A stretch of DNA of 64,000 bases from an uncultured Spirochaetota bacterium (GTDB lineage Bacteria; Spirochaetota; Spirochaetia; SZUA-6; Fen-1364): positions 160,001-224,000 of the forward strand of contig CAWAHW010000001.1 in the NCBI GenBank assembly GCA_963781885.1. The letters are read 5' to 3'. Every line of letters starts with the position of its first letter. Positions within the stretch are counted from its first letter, which is position 1. Below the pieces are notes generated by a model. It was not told where the DNA came from. It did no database searches and saw only the letters and a program-made list of their open reading frames with translations. Below, one piece after another: positions 51,900 to 62,194 of the stretch. A program made the translations under genes and the position numbers.

Positions 51900-53334
51900 G
51901 AAGATGCCCCTTGCAGACCTTCTTGCCGCGCGCCCGGCCGTTCTTTCATCCTGGCCCACGGGCGCCGGGGTGGACCTCGACGAAGCCTGCGCGTGGCAGG
52001 CGAAAATCCCCGCGGAAAAGCGCTTCTCCACGGCGATGCGCGCGGCGCGCGACGCCCGGCGCGTGCTCATCCAGCCGCGCGCAGGTGTGGCCCTCATCGA
52101 CGAGCATATCAGGCTCCTGAAGTACCTCGAAACAGAAGGGGAAGCGGATCTCCTGCCGACAACGATCGACGCCTATACCCGGCAGAATCGCTACGAGGAG
52201 GCCGCGCGGGGCATCGAGAAGTCGATCAACGCCGGCACCTCGCTTCTGAACGGCTTCCCCGCGGTCAATCACGGGGTTGCCGGCTGCCGGCGGGTCACGG
52301 AGAGCGTCAATCGACCGGTGCAGGTCCGCCATGGCACCCCCGATGCGCGCCTGCTCGCGGAGATCACCCTGGCAGGCGGATTCACGAGCTTCGAGGGCGG
52401 CGGCATCTCCTACAACATCCCCTACACCAAGAACGTGCCGCTCCCGAAGTCGCTGCAGGACTGGAAGTATGTCGACAGGCTCTGCGGGCTGTACGAGGAG
52501 AGGGGCTCGCCGATCAACCGCGAGCCCTTCGGTCCGCTCACGGGCACGCTCGTGCCGCCGTGCATCGGGCACGCCGTGGCGATCATAGAAGGCCTCCTGG
52601 CGCTGGAGCAGGGCGTGCGCTCGATCACGCTCGGCTACGGCCAGGGCGGCAACATGGCGCAGGACGTGGCGGCGATCGCGACCCTCCGCGAGCTTGCGGA
52701 GGAGTACTTCCAGGACGCCGGCTTTTCCGACTATGAGCTCAGCATCGTGTTCCATCAATGGATGGGGGGGTTCCCGGAGGATGAGTCGCGCGCATTCTCC
52801 ATCATCTGCTGGGGCGCCGCGGTGGCGGCCTTCGGCGGGGCCGACAAGGTGATCGTGAAGACCCCGCACGAGGCGATGGGCATCCCCACCCGGGAGGCGA
52901 ATGCACAGGGTCTGCGGGCCACGCGGCAGACAATCGCCATGCTCGCCGACCAGCCGCGCATCGAGACGCCGGAGGTGCTTCGCGAGAAGGAGATCATCCG
53001 CCGCGAGGTGGACTGCCTGCTGCCGCGCGTGCTCGCGCTCGGCTCGGGCGACACCGCCGCGGGCGCCGCGGCCGCATTCGAGGCCGGCATCCTCGACGTC
53101 CCCTTCGCCCCGTCGGTGCATACGCGCGGCAAGATACTTCCCATGCGCGACAACGAAGGGTGCATCCGCATCTTCAACCCCGGCGCCGTGCCGCTCGATG
53201 ACGACATCGCGGCGCTGCACCGGGAAAAGCTGGCAGAGCGCGCCCGGGCGGAAGGCCGGATCGTTTCCTTCCAGATGGTGACGGACGATATCTACGCCGT
53301 CAGCAAGGGCAGGCTCGTCGGGAGGCCCCGATGA
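51889..53334 (+). CDS. glmE: Glutamate mutase E subunit
   Basis: QPRAGV, LPTTIDAYTRQN, LLNGFP, RHGTPD, EGGGISYNIPY, NREPFGPLTG, HQWMGGFP. Confidence 0.95.
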   Translation: MRDRKMPLADLLAARPAVLSSWPTGAGVDLDEACAWQAKIPAEKRFSTAMRAARDARRVLIQPRAGVALIDEHIRLLKYLETEGEADLLPTTIDAYTRQNRYEEAARGIEKSINAGTSLLNGFPAVNHGVAGCRRVTESVNRPVQVRHGTPDARLLAEITLAGGFTSFEGGGISYNIPYTKNVPLPKSLQDWKYVDRLCGLYEERGSPINREPFGPLTGTLVPPCIGHAVAIIEGLLALEQGVRSITLGYGQGGNMAQDVAAIATLRELAEEYFQDAGFSDYELSIVFHQWMGGFPEDESRAFSIICWGAAVAAFGGADKVIVKTPHEAMGIPTREANAQGLRATRQTIAMLADQPRIETPEVLREKEIIRREVDCLLPRVLALGSGDTAAGAAAAFEAGILDVPFAPSVHTRGKILPMRDNEGCIRIFNPGAVPLDDDIAALHREKLAERARAEGRIVSFQMVTDDIYAVSKGRLVGRPR

Positions 53335-54581
53335 AAATCAGACGCGCGCTCTTTTCTCCCGGTCGCTCGGCTTTCTTCTTCGACGATCAGCGCGCCATCA
53401 AGGCCGGCGCACCTCACGACGGCTTCGACTACGAGGGAGCGGCTGTCACGCCCGGCTTCCGCCGGGTCCGGGTTGGCGGGGAATGCATCTCCGTGATGTT
53501 GATGCTGGATGATGGAAGCGTCGCGCTGGGAGACTGCGCGGCCGTGCAGTATTCGGGCGCCGGGGGCAGGGACCAGCTCTTCCTCGCCGCGGATTTCATC
53601 CCGGTCCTGGAAAAGCACGTGCGGCCGCTGCTGGAAGGCGCGAGGGTGGACGGGTTTCGCGCCATGGCGGCCCGCATCGAGGCGGTGCGCGTGAACGGGC
53701 AGCCCCTGCACACGGCCATCCGTTACGGAGTGAGCCAGGCTCTCCTGGATGCGCGCGCGCACGCGGAGCGCTGCACGGCCTGTGAAGTGATCTGCCGGGA
53801 GTGGGGACTGCCCGTGGATGCCTCACCCGTGCCGATATTCGGGCAGTCGGGCGACAATCGCTATGAGAACGTGGACAAGATGATTCTCAAGGCAGTCGAC
53901 GCCCTGCCGCACGGCCTCATCAATTCCGTGGATGAGAAGCTGGGCCGTGATGGGGAAAAGCTGCGCGAGTACATTCGGTGGCTCGCGGCAAGGATCGGGA
54001 AGCTTGCGCCGCATCCCGGATACCTGCCGGACCTCCACATCGACGTGTACGGGACAATCGGCCTCATCTTCGACGACGATCCCGTGCGCGTCGCCGCGTA
54101 TCTCGCCTCTCTGCAGCGGGAGGCAGGTCCGCATCGGCTGTACATCGAGGGGCCGGTGGACGTCGGGGAAAAGGCGCATCAGATGGAAGCGCTGCGCGCC
54201 ATCAAGGCGGAGCTTGAGCGCCGGGAGTCCCCCGTGCGCATCGTGGCCGACGAGTGGTGCAACACCCTGGAGGACGTGCGCGACTTCACGGATGCCGCTG
54301 CCTGCCACATGGTGCAGATCAAGACCCCGGACCTCGGCGGCATCCAGAACATCGTGGAGAGCGTCCTGTACTGCCGGGCGCACGGCATGGAGGCCTACCA
54401 GGGCGGCACGTGCAATGAGACGGATGTCTCGGCGCGCTGCTGCGTGCAGCTTGCCCTTGCGACCCGCCCGATGCGCATTCTGGCGAAGCCCGGCATGGGT
54501 TTCGACGAGGGATACATGATCGTGAAGAACGAGATGGAGCGCACGCGCGCGATCATCTCCGCCCGGGAGGTGAAAAAGTGA
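53331..54581 (+). CDS. mal: Methylaspartate ammonia-lyase
   Basis: FFFDDQRAIK, GDCAAVQYSGAGGRD, LPHGLIN, HIDVYG, ADEWCN, QIKTPDLG, GGTCNET, KPGMG. Confidence 0.95.
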   Translation: MKIRRALFSPGRSAFFFDDQRAIKAGAPHDGFDYEGAAVTPGFRRVRVGGECISVMLMLDDGSVALGDCAAVQYSGAGGRDQLFLAADFIPVLEKHVRPLLEGARVDGFRAMAARIEAVRVNGQPLHTAIRYGVSQALLDARAHAERCTACEVICREWGLPVDASPVPIFGQSGDNRYENVDKMILKAVDALPHGLINSVDEKLGRDGEKLREYIRWLAARIGKLAPHPGYLPDLHIDVYGTIGLIFDDDPVRVAAYLASLQREAGPHRLYIEGPVDVGEKAHQMEALRAIKAELERRESPVRIVADEWCNTLEDVRDFTDAAACHMVQIKTPDLGGIQNIVESVLYCRAHGMEAYQGGTCNETDVSARCCVQLALATRPMRILAKPGMGFDEGYMIVKNEMERTRAIISAREVKK

Positions 54582-55952
54582 GCGTGCACGAGTTCCGGGT
54601 CCTTTCCCCCACGGCCATACTCGGGTACGGCTTTCCCGAGGAGTCCTTCCGAAACGGTATCGCGAAAGAGGCCCGACCTGATCGCCTGCGACGCCGGCTC
54701 CACCGATCCCGGGCCCTACTACTTGGGAAGCGGCAAGTCCTTCACCGACCGCGCATTCGTGAAGCGGGACCTCACCTTCATGCTCGTGGAGGGCGTACGG
54801 CGTGGCGTTCCCGTCGTGGTGGGCACGGCAGGAGGGTCGGGGGCCGCGCCGCACCTGGCGTGGTGCCGCTCCATCATTGAAGAGATCGCAGCGGAGCACC
54901 GCTTGAGCTTCACGATGGGTGTCATTTCCTCTGACGTCAGCAAGCAGACCGTGAAGCAGGCACTCGCGGCCGGACGTATCCAGGCCCTGCCCTTTGTTCC
55001 GCCGCTGGATGAAAAGGCCATCGACGAATCCCCGCACATCGTGGCGCAGATCGGGTGCGAGCCGCTGCAGAAGGCGCTGGCCGCGGGATGCAATGTCGTC
55101 CTGGCAGGTCGCTGCTACGACCCGGCCAACTTTGCGGCCCTTCCCATCATGAAGGGCTTTCCCGAGGGCCTCTGCCTGCACATGGGAAAGATCCTCGAGT
55201 GCGGCGCCATCGCCGCAACGCCGGGAAGCGGAGCCGACTGCGCATTCGCCACGATATACGATGACCATTTCGTGCTGGAGGCGCTTTCGCCGAAGCGGCG
55301 CTTCACGCGCGAATCCGCGGCCGCGCATACCCTCTACGAAAAGTCCGACCCCTACAGGCTGCCGGGCCCCGGCGGCCTGATCGACCTCACGGGCTGCTCC
55401 TTCACCGACCTGGGTGAGGGGCGCGTGGAGGTGCGGGGCAGCCGGCACGAGAAGACGCCCGCCTACTGGGTGAAGCTGGAAGGGGCGCGGCGGATCGGCT
55501 CGCGATCCATCAGCATCGCGGGGGTGCGCGACCCGATCATGGTGCGCGACATCGAGCCCATCCTGGAGTCGGTGCGCCAGCAGGTGCGCGCCATGGCAGG
55601 GAACACGATTGCCGGCGAGCTTTTCTTTCACGTCTACGGCAAAAACGGCGTCATGGGGCCGGGCGAGCCGGTGCGCGCATCGACCTCCCACGAGCTGGGA
55701 ATCGTGATGGAGGCAATCTCGCCCACGCAGGAGCAGGCCGATACGCTCGTGAGCGTCACCCGGTCCACGCTCCTGCATTACGGCTATCCCGGACGCATCT
55801 CCACGGCTGGCAACCTCGCCTTCCCCTTCTCCCCTTCCGACATTCGGGCAGGCGACGTCTACGGCTTCTCGATCTACCATCTCATGCAGGTGGACGACCC
55901 GGCCGGCTTCCCGCTCGAAATGGTGCGCATCAGGAATGGAGCGGCATCATGA
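54578..55952 (+). CDS. AtuA-like (DUF1446) protein; frameshift at ~54666
   Basis: SPTAILGYGFP, ACDAGSTDPGPYYLG after correction, GTAGGSG, GKILECG, AAHTLYEK. Confidence 0.8.
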
Positions 55953-56269
55953 AAAAAAGCATCATGGAGGTGGCGCGCGTCATCAGGTCCAAGAACTCGG
56001 GTCCCTACGAGCTCACGCTGGACGTCATGTTCAGCGACAGGAAACACTACGAGCTCTTCCGCGACCGCGGAATAATTTCCAAGGACCTCATCGGCAGGCT
56101 CTACGGCGTGGCGCCGTCCGAGATACTCGGCATCGTCTGGTTCGAGCCCTGCAATGCCGTGAAGGCGACCATCCGCAGGCGCATTGCGTCCGGCGCACCC
56201 GGTGACACCGACATCTACGGCGCGCAGCAGCATGCGCCGCTTCTTTCCATCGAGTTCGAGGAAGGATGA
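55949..56269 (+). CDS. DUF4387-family protein
   Basis: IRSKNSGPYELTLDV, DIYGAQQHAPL. Confidence 0.85.
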   Translation: MKKSIMEVARVIRSKNSGPYELTLDVMFSDRKHYELFRDRGIISKDLIGRLYGVAPSEILGIVWFEPCNAVKATIRRRIASGAPGDTDIYGAQQHAPLLSIEFEEG

Positions 56270-57243
56270 CGATGGCAGACAAGCCCGATATCAGCCAGCT
56301 CCAGCAGCAGTTCTCCCACCCGACCTCATCCTCCGAGACGCTGATCTATGCCACGTATTACGCGCCGCGCGGCAGGCAGCGCCTCTACATGCTGGGCGCA
56401 GAGCTCTCCCATCGCTACCTCTACCCCAGCGATCTGCTTGTCGGCATCATAGGAGCGGAAGGCTCGGGAAAGTCCACGCTCATCAAAGGTCTTTTCCCCG
56501 GTCTGGAGCTCACGAACGACGACGACGGCGTGAACATCCGGCCTGCCCAGCTCTACGCCTTCACGCCGGACGACTACTTCGCCCCGCACACCTTCCACAT
56601 CGACGTGCGCTACGAGCGCGCCTTCCATCAGCCCTGGCAGATCGCGGAAGCGGTCACCACGGCGGTGTCCCACGGCCGCCGGGTCATCGTGGAGCATTTC
56701 GACCTGCTCTACGAAACTCTCGGCTACAACGCGCAGATCATCTTCGGCATCGGCGAGGAGGTGATCGTGGCGCGGCCCGGCGTGTTCGGCCCCTTCCCCG
56801 CGTCGATCAAGGCCGTGGCGGACAAGACGATACGCTACCGTCTCATGGCGCACTCGGCGGAGGACATCACCAGCTACGTGCTGGAGCGCGACTACAACTA
56901 CAGGATCCCCGTGCATCACTCCGACGTGAAGCACGGCTTCGTCATCAGCTTCCAGCAGGAACCGCGCATCGACCTCGTGCAGCTGGAGCTGCGCGTGAAG
57001 GAGATCATCGCGGCCGACGTGCCCATCGCGCCGGCAGGCGAGGACCGCATCAGCATCGGCGAGCATCAGATACCCTGCACGGGCACGCGCACGCACGTGC
57101 AGCACTCCGGCCAGATCGAGAACTTCCGCCTGCTGAAGGAGTTCCGCTACCACCCGTTCCAGCGCGAGTACATGCTGGTGGGAATCGTCGGCAGCCACGA
57201 GCCCGCCGGTTACGAAGAAATCACGCGCGTGCCCGAGCTGTAG
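56266..57243 (+). CDS. P-loop protein with a C-terminal Ala/Thr-tRNA-synthetase editing (SAD)-like domain
   Basis: GAEGSGKS, HSAED, CTGTRTHV...GQI. Confidence 0.7.
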   Translation: MTMADKPDISQLQQQFSHPTSSSETLIYATYYAPRGRQRLYMLGAELSHRYLYPSDLLVGIIGAEGSGKSTLIKGLFPGLELTNDDDGVNIRPAQLYAFTPDDYFAPHTFHIDVRYERAFHQPWQIAEAVTTAVSHGRRVIVEHFDLLYETLGYNAQIIFGIGEEVIVARPGVFGPFPASIKAVADKTIRYRLMAHSAEDITSYVLERDYNYRIPVHHSDVKHGFVISFQQEPRIDLVQLELRVKEIIAADVPIAPAGEDRISIGEHQIPCTGTRTHVQHSGQIENFRLLKEFRYHPFQREYMLVGIVGSHEPAGYEEITRVPEL

Positions 57244-57278
57244 AGCGGCGGCAGCGCGCAGTTTGCCGGGAGGACGAC

Positions 57279-58469
57279 ATGAAACTTGCAGAGCGATTCT
57301 CCAAGCTGGGCACGGAAACAGCCTTTGCCGTCGCGGATGAAAGCAGGAAGCTCGCCCAGACGGGTCTCCGCATCTTCCCCTTCCACATCGGCGACTTGGA
57401 CCTGAAGACCCCGGCGAATATCATGGACGCGGCCACCCGCGCGATGCGGGAAGGAAAGACCGGCTACTGCTCCAACTGGGGCATCCCCGAGCTTCGCGAG
57501 GCCGTTGCCGCGGACATCAACCGCAGCCATGGGACGGGCTACACGGCGGCGAATGTCGCCATCCAGCCCGGCGGCAAGCCGGTCATCCACAAGTTCATTC
57601 TTTCCTTCATGAATCCCGGTGACGAAGTCCTGTACCCCAGCCCCGGCTACCCGATCTATGAGTCTGCCATTGGCTTTCACGGTGGAAGGCCCTTGCCTTA
57701 CAGCTACGTGGAAACGCCGCAGGGTTTCGCGATGAATGTGGCGGACATTGAAAGGAAAATCACCCGTGCAACGCGCCTCCTGATCTTCAACAACCTGCAG
57801 AATCCCACGGGCGCGGAGGCAAGCCCGGAAGAGCTCGCCGAGATCGCCCAGCTGGTGATCCGCCACGATCTCACCGTCTTGTGCGACGAAGCCTATTTCG
57901 ATATCCGCTACGAGGGGCAGTCGCAGTCGCTGGCGTCCCTGCCGGGCATGGAGGAGCGCTGCCTCATTCTGTACACGTTTTCGAAGAAGTACGCGATGAC
58001 GGGGTGGAGGCTGGGAGCGGCGGTCGGGCCGGCGGCCATGGTGGAGGCCGTCGCGAAGCTCAACGTGAATGACGAGTCCTGCACAAACCACTTCGTCCAA
58101 TACGGCGGCCTGGAAGCGCTCACGGGGCCGCAGGATGGCGCCCGGCAGATCATCGAGGTCCTGCGCCAGCGCCGCGACCGCTGCCACGAGCTTGCAAACG
58201 CGGTTCCCGGCATGCGATGCGGCCGGCCCCGCGCGACGTTCTACCTCTTTCCCAATGTGAGCGGCATCATGCGCGCGATGAAAATCGACGACTACGAAAA
58301 GTTCCGCCGCGCGATCCTGGAGGCAACGGGTGTCTCCTTCTGCACTCGCATGCATTTCGGCAGGCCGCTGCCGGGGGAGACCGAGCGCTACATCCGTCTG
58401 TCGTATTCGGGCATCGACGTGCGGAATATCGAGGAAGGGCTGGGTCGGCTGAAAGACTACCTGGGATAG
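57279..58469 (+). CDS. Class I/II PLP aminotransferase (AspC-like)
   Basis: GIPELR, NPTG, DEAY, FSKKYAMTGWRLG, YIRLSY. Confidence 0.9.
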   Translation: MKLAERFSKLGTETAFAVADESRKLAQTGLRIFPFHIGDLDLKTPANIMDAATRAMREGKTGYCSNWGIPELREAVAADINRSHGTGYTAANVAIQPGGKPVIHKFILSFMNPGDEVLYPSPGYPIYESAIGFHGGRPLPYSYVETPQGFAMNVADIERKITRATRLLIFNNLQNPTGAEASPEELAEIAQLVIRHDLTVLCDEAYFDIRYEGQSQSLASLPGMEERCLILYTFSKKYAMTGWRLGAAVGPAAMVEAVAKLNVNDESCTNHFVQYGGLEALTGPQDGARQIIEVLRQRRDRCHELANAVPGMRCGRPRATFYLFPNVSGIMRAMKIDDYEKFRRAILEATGVSFCTRMHFGRPLPGETERYIRLSYSGIDVRNIEEGLGRLKDYLG

Positions 58470-58534
58470 CAGCGCCGACGGCGCCGGGTCTCCTTGCTTG
58501 TCCCGCACGCCGCAGTCCTTTATGATCCCGCATC

Positions 58535-61237
58535 GTGGCTGTTGCATCCGCGGTACAGGACTATCTGCACGTCACCCCGGCGGGAAACCTGCGCCCCGCC
58601 CCTGACTGGGCCCCGGCCGCGGCGAGCTCACCCGAAACCGTGCCGTCGTCCACGCTTCCGCGCGCCCGGGAGGCTTTCAAGGCCAGCGCCGCTGCCGGCC
58701 TCTTCGAGCTTGCCGCGCATCCCACCAGCGGCGGCCTTCCCCCGCAGCTTGCGTACTGGCGCGATTTCGCCGCGCGCTACCTGAGCGAGCGCTGCCATAC
58801 GCCCACGGGCGTCGCGGAGCTGCAGCCGGTTCCTCCGCCCTCCCCCGCGGACACGATGACCCTGCTCTTCAGCGTGCCGCCCCTGCAGGGCGCCGAGTAC
58901 CTGACGGACGCGGTGCTCCACCGACTCTGGACGGAGCTGGATGAGTGGACCTGCGCGGAGGCCGTGCGCGCCGGCGGCCTGGAGAAGTTCCTGTCCGCGC
59001 GCGCGCCCTTGTGGCGGCAGGTCGGCCGGGTCTGCTTCCACCTGGCGGAAAATAAAAAGGATCCCGAGTTCCCCTTTGCCTTTCTTGCCACGTATGCGCC
59101 GCGCGTCTCCTCCTCCACCGGCATTCGTTACCAGCCCCTTTCCCGCGCGCTCCAGGAGTTTGCCGGGGAAAGAAATCGCAAGGCTTTGATCCATCTCCTC
59201 ACACCCGTCGAGCGCGCGGCAGCAGCGAGCCCCGTCATCCGGCAGCTCGTGGATTCACGCGACATCTACCATCCCCTTGCCTGGACGGCCGACGAGGCTT
59301 ATCGCTTCCTCCAGGAGATCCCCCTGTACGAGCAGAGCGGGGTGCTCGTGCGCGTGCCGGACTGGTGGACCCGGCGGAGCCGGCCGATGGCGGCCGTCAG
59401 GATCGGGTCGCACACGCACGGCGTGCTGGGCCTGGATGCGCTGCTGGACTTCCAGGTCGACGTGGCCGTCGGGGACCAGACGCTCACGGAAAAAGAGATC
59501 AATCGCCTTCTTGCCGGGTCTGACGGGCTTGTCTTCCTGAAGGGCCGGTGGGTCGAGGTCGATACAAAGAAGCTCTCCGAGGCGCTCGCGCACTGGCAGC
59601 GTCTCCGGGAAGGCGCCGGCAAGGACGGCATTTCTTTCGCCGAGGGAATGCGCCTCCTCGCGGGGGCATCTGAAGATCTTGCCGCCCCCGGGGTTGAGGC
59701 GGCGGCATGGTCCTTCGTGGAAGCAGGGGCGTGGCTGAAGGAGATCCTGGAGCAGCTGCGGTCTCCCGAGGCACTGCAGACGGCACTCCCCGGCCGGGAG
59801 CTTCACGCTACGCTCCGCCCCTACCAAGAGGCGGGGGTGCGGTGGCTGCGCCTCCTCACGGGCCTGGGCCTGGGCGCCTGTCTTGCCGATGACATGGGGC
59901 TGGGAAAGACCATACAGGTCCTGGGTCTCCTGCTTCTCCTGCGCGGCCAGAAGGCCCGTCCTTCACTGCTGGTTCTCCCGGCATCGCTCCTTGCCAACTG
60001 GAAGGCGGAGATCGAGCGATTCGCCCCGTCGCTCAGCGTTCGCTTCCTCCACCCGTCCTTCGGGCCGCTTCCCGCAGGTCCCGTCGCCGCCGACGAGCTT
60101 GCCCGCACCGACGCCGTGCTCACGACGTACGGCATGGTGCTTCGCCAGCCCTGGCTGGAGTCCGTCGACTGGACCCTGCTCGTGCTCGACGAGGCACAGG
60201 CCATCAAGAATCCCGGAGCGCGGCAGACCCGGGCGGTGAAACGCCTGCGCGCACGGATGCGTGTCGCCCTGACGGGAACACCGGTCGAAAACCGGCTCAC
60301 CGACCTCTGGTCGCTCTTCGACTTCCTCTGCCCGGGCCTCCTGGGAAGCCAGACGCGCTTCTCTTCCTTTGCAAAGGGGCTGGAAAAAAACCAGACCGAG
60401 CGCTTCCTCCCGATCCGAAATCTCGTGCGGCCGTACATCCTCCGACGGATGAAGACCGACAAGGCGGTCATCGCCGACCTGCCGGACAAGACGGTCGTGC
60501 CGGCCTGGTGCGGCCTCACAAAGGAGCAGGCGGCGCTGTACAAGGGCGTCGTGGACAGGCTGGCCGACAGCCTCAAGGATCGGGAAGGCATCCAGCGCCG
60601 CGGCGCGGTCCTTGCGGCCCTGCTTTCGCTCAAGCAGGTCTGCAATCATCCCTCCCATCTCCGCGGGGATGCGCGCTGGGATCCCGCGGCGAGCGGAAAG
60701 TTCGCGCGGCTTGCCGAGATCGGGGAGGAGATCGCCCAGCGCCAGGACCGCGCCCTGGTCTTCACGCAGTTCCGCGAGATGACCGAGCCTCTTGCGGCAT
60801 TCCTGGCGGGAGTATTCGGCAGGCCGGGCCTCGTCCTCCACGGCCAGACGCGCGTGGCGGAGCGGCAGAAGCTCGTGGAAGCATTCCAGGCCGATGACGG
60901 ACCGCCATTCTTCGTGCTCTCCCTGAAGGCGGGCGGCACGGGTTTGAATCTCACCGCGGCCTCCCACGTCATCCACTTCGACCGATGGTGGAACCCGGCC
61001 GTGGAAAACCAGGCGACGGACCGCGCCTTCCGCATCGGCCAGAAGAGGAACGTCCTTGTCCACACCTTCATCTGCCGCGGCACCGTGGAGGAGAAGATCG
61101 ACGAGCTGATCCGCCAGAAGACCGCCCTTGCCCGCGACCTCCTGGAAGCGGGCGGAGAAGCGCTCCTCACGGAGATGAGCGACGAGGAGCTTCTCTCGAC
61201 GATCTCCCTCGACCTCGAGCGCGCGCGGGCAGAATGA
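58535..61237 (+). CDS. SNF2-family helicase-like ATPase
   Basis: LRPYQ, LADDMGLGKT, DEAQ, LTGTPVEN, SLKAGGTGLNL, DRWWNPAVENQATDRA. Confidence 0.93.
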   Translation: MAVASAVQDYLHVTPAGNLRPAPDWAPAAASSPETVPSSTLPRAREAFKASAAAGLFELAAHPTSGGLPPQLAYWRDFAARYLSERCHTPTGVAELQPVPPPSPADTMTLLFSVPPLQGAEYLTDAVLHRLWTELDEWTCAEAVRAGGLEKFLSARAPLWRQVGRVCFHLAENKKDPEFPFAFLATYAPRVSSSTGIRYQPLSRALQEFAGERNRKALIHLLTPVERAAAASPVIRQLVDSRDIYHPLAWTADEAYRFLQEIPLYEQSGVLVRVPDWWTRRSRPMAAVRIGSHTHGVLGLDALLDFQVDVAVGDQTLTEKEINRLLAGSDGLVFLKGRWVEVDTKKLSEALAHWQRLREGAGKDGISFAEGMRLLAGASEDLAAPGVEAAAWSFVEAGAWLKEILEQLRSPEALQTALPGRELHATLRPYQEAGVRWLRLLTGLGLGACLADDMGLGKTIQVLGLLLLLRGQKARPSLLVLPASLLANWKAEIERFAPSLSVRFLHPSFGPLPAGPVAADELARTDAVLTTYGMVLRQPWLESVDWTLLVLDEAQAIKNPGARQTRAVKRLRARMRVALTGTPVENRLTDLWSLFDFLCPGLLGSQTRFSSFAKGLEKNQTERFLPIRNLVRPYILRRMKTDKAVIADLPDKTVVPAWCGLTKEQAALYKGVVDRLADSLKDREGIQRRGAVLAALLSLKQVCNHPSHLRGDARWDPAASGKFARLAEIGEEIAQRQDRALVFTQFREMTEPLAAFLAGVFGRPGLVLHGQTRVAERQKLVEAFQADDGPPFFVLSLKAGGTGLNLTAASHVIHFDRWWNPAVENQATDRAFRIGQKRNVLVHTFICRGTVEEKIDELIRQKTALARDLLEAGGEALLTEMSDEELLSTISLDLERARAE

Positions 61238-61247
61238 GGGAACGAGC

Positions 61248-62097
61248 ATGAGATACGGTTGGAAGCCATACGTGCCGGTCGGACAGCGCAGAAAGAGTGC
61301 CGAGCAGGCAATGGGGCGCCTGCGCAAAAGCGGCGTGTCCCTCCAGCCGGTGCGGATCGAAGGACGGCTCATCGCGCGCACCTTCTGGGGCAAGGCATGG
61401 TGCGATCACCTGGAATCCTACAGCGATTTTGAGAACAGGCTCCCTCGGGGAAGGACGTACGTGCGAAACGGCTCGGTCTGTCACCTGGAGATCCTGCGCG
61501 GCCGGGTCAATGCGAAGGTCCAGGGCAGCAGCATGTACACCGTGGCCGTCGACATCAGCCCACTGCCCGGTCCCTCCTGGAAGGCCATCAAGAAGCGCTG
61601 CACCGGCAGAATCTCCTCCCTGCTCGATCTCCTGCAAGGCCGGCTTTCCGCGGGTGTCATGGAGGTCGTGACCGACCGCGACGCGGGGCTTTTCCCGTCC
61701 CCGCGCGAGATCAGGATGCAATGCTCCTGCCCGGATTGGGCAACGATGTGCAAGCACGTGGCGGCCGTGCTCTACGGTGTCGGCGCGCGTCTGGACGCGC
61801 AACCGGAGCTTCTCTTTCCTGTTGCGCGGTGTCGACCACGAAGAGCTGATCGATGCGCGCGCGGAGGCTGCCGTGCGGGAAGTGGTGAGCGGCGGCAAGG
61901 GCAGGCGCATCGCGGAGAAGGACCTGGGCGCGATATTCGGCCTGGACGTGGATACCGGCGCGACGCCGCGGCGGAAACGCGCCGGAAAGGCGCCCCAAGA
62001 GAAAGCTGCGCCGCGGGCGAAGAGCAAAGTGAAGGGCACGCCTGCGAAGCAGGCGAAGAAGCCGCGAACAAAACCCCGACGGCCGGCCCGGAAATAG
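61248..62097 (+). CDS. SWIM zinc-finger protein with a Lys/Ala/Pro-rich tail; frameshift at ~61817
   Basis: NRLPRGRTY, CSCPDWATMCKH. LLRGVDHEEL continues after the shift. Confidence 0.85.
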
Positions 62098-62194
62098 GCC
62101 CGGAAAATTGAGTTGCGATATTTACGTTTCGCATAAACCGCACATTTCAGCAGCGATTCGCAAAGGCGAATTAAGTTTCCAGTCGTTTACAGGA

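Noticed and set aside
50278-53334. 1018-aa ORF that looks like a GlmL-GlmE fusion
   Set aside because: The frameshift at ~51330 creates it. GlmL's true C-terminus is in another frame ending at 51899, and glmE has its own ATG at 51889.
53823-55880. Long antisense and shadow ORFs (also 42241..44163, 45864..47573, 13142..14770)
   Set aside because: They lie opposite well-supported genes, carry no motifs, and are expected at this GC content.
58535-62097. SNF2-SWIM pair as a new defence system
   Set aside because: This is a widespread known gene pair, with no nuclease, methylase or island context here.
62111-62147. dif-like sequence in the AT-rich convergent intergenic region (GTTTCGCATAA resembles an XerC arm)
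   Set aside because: No TTATGTTAAAT-like XerD arm lies at the required 6-nt spacing.
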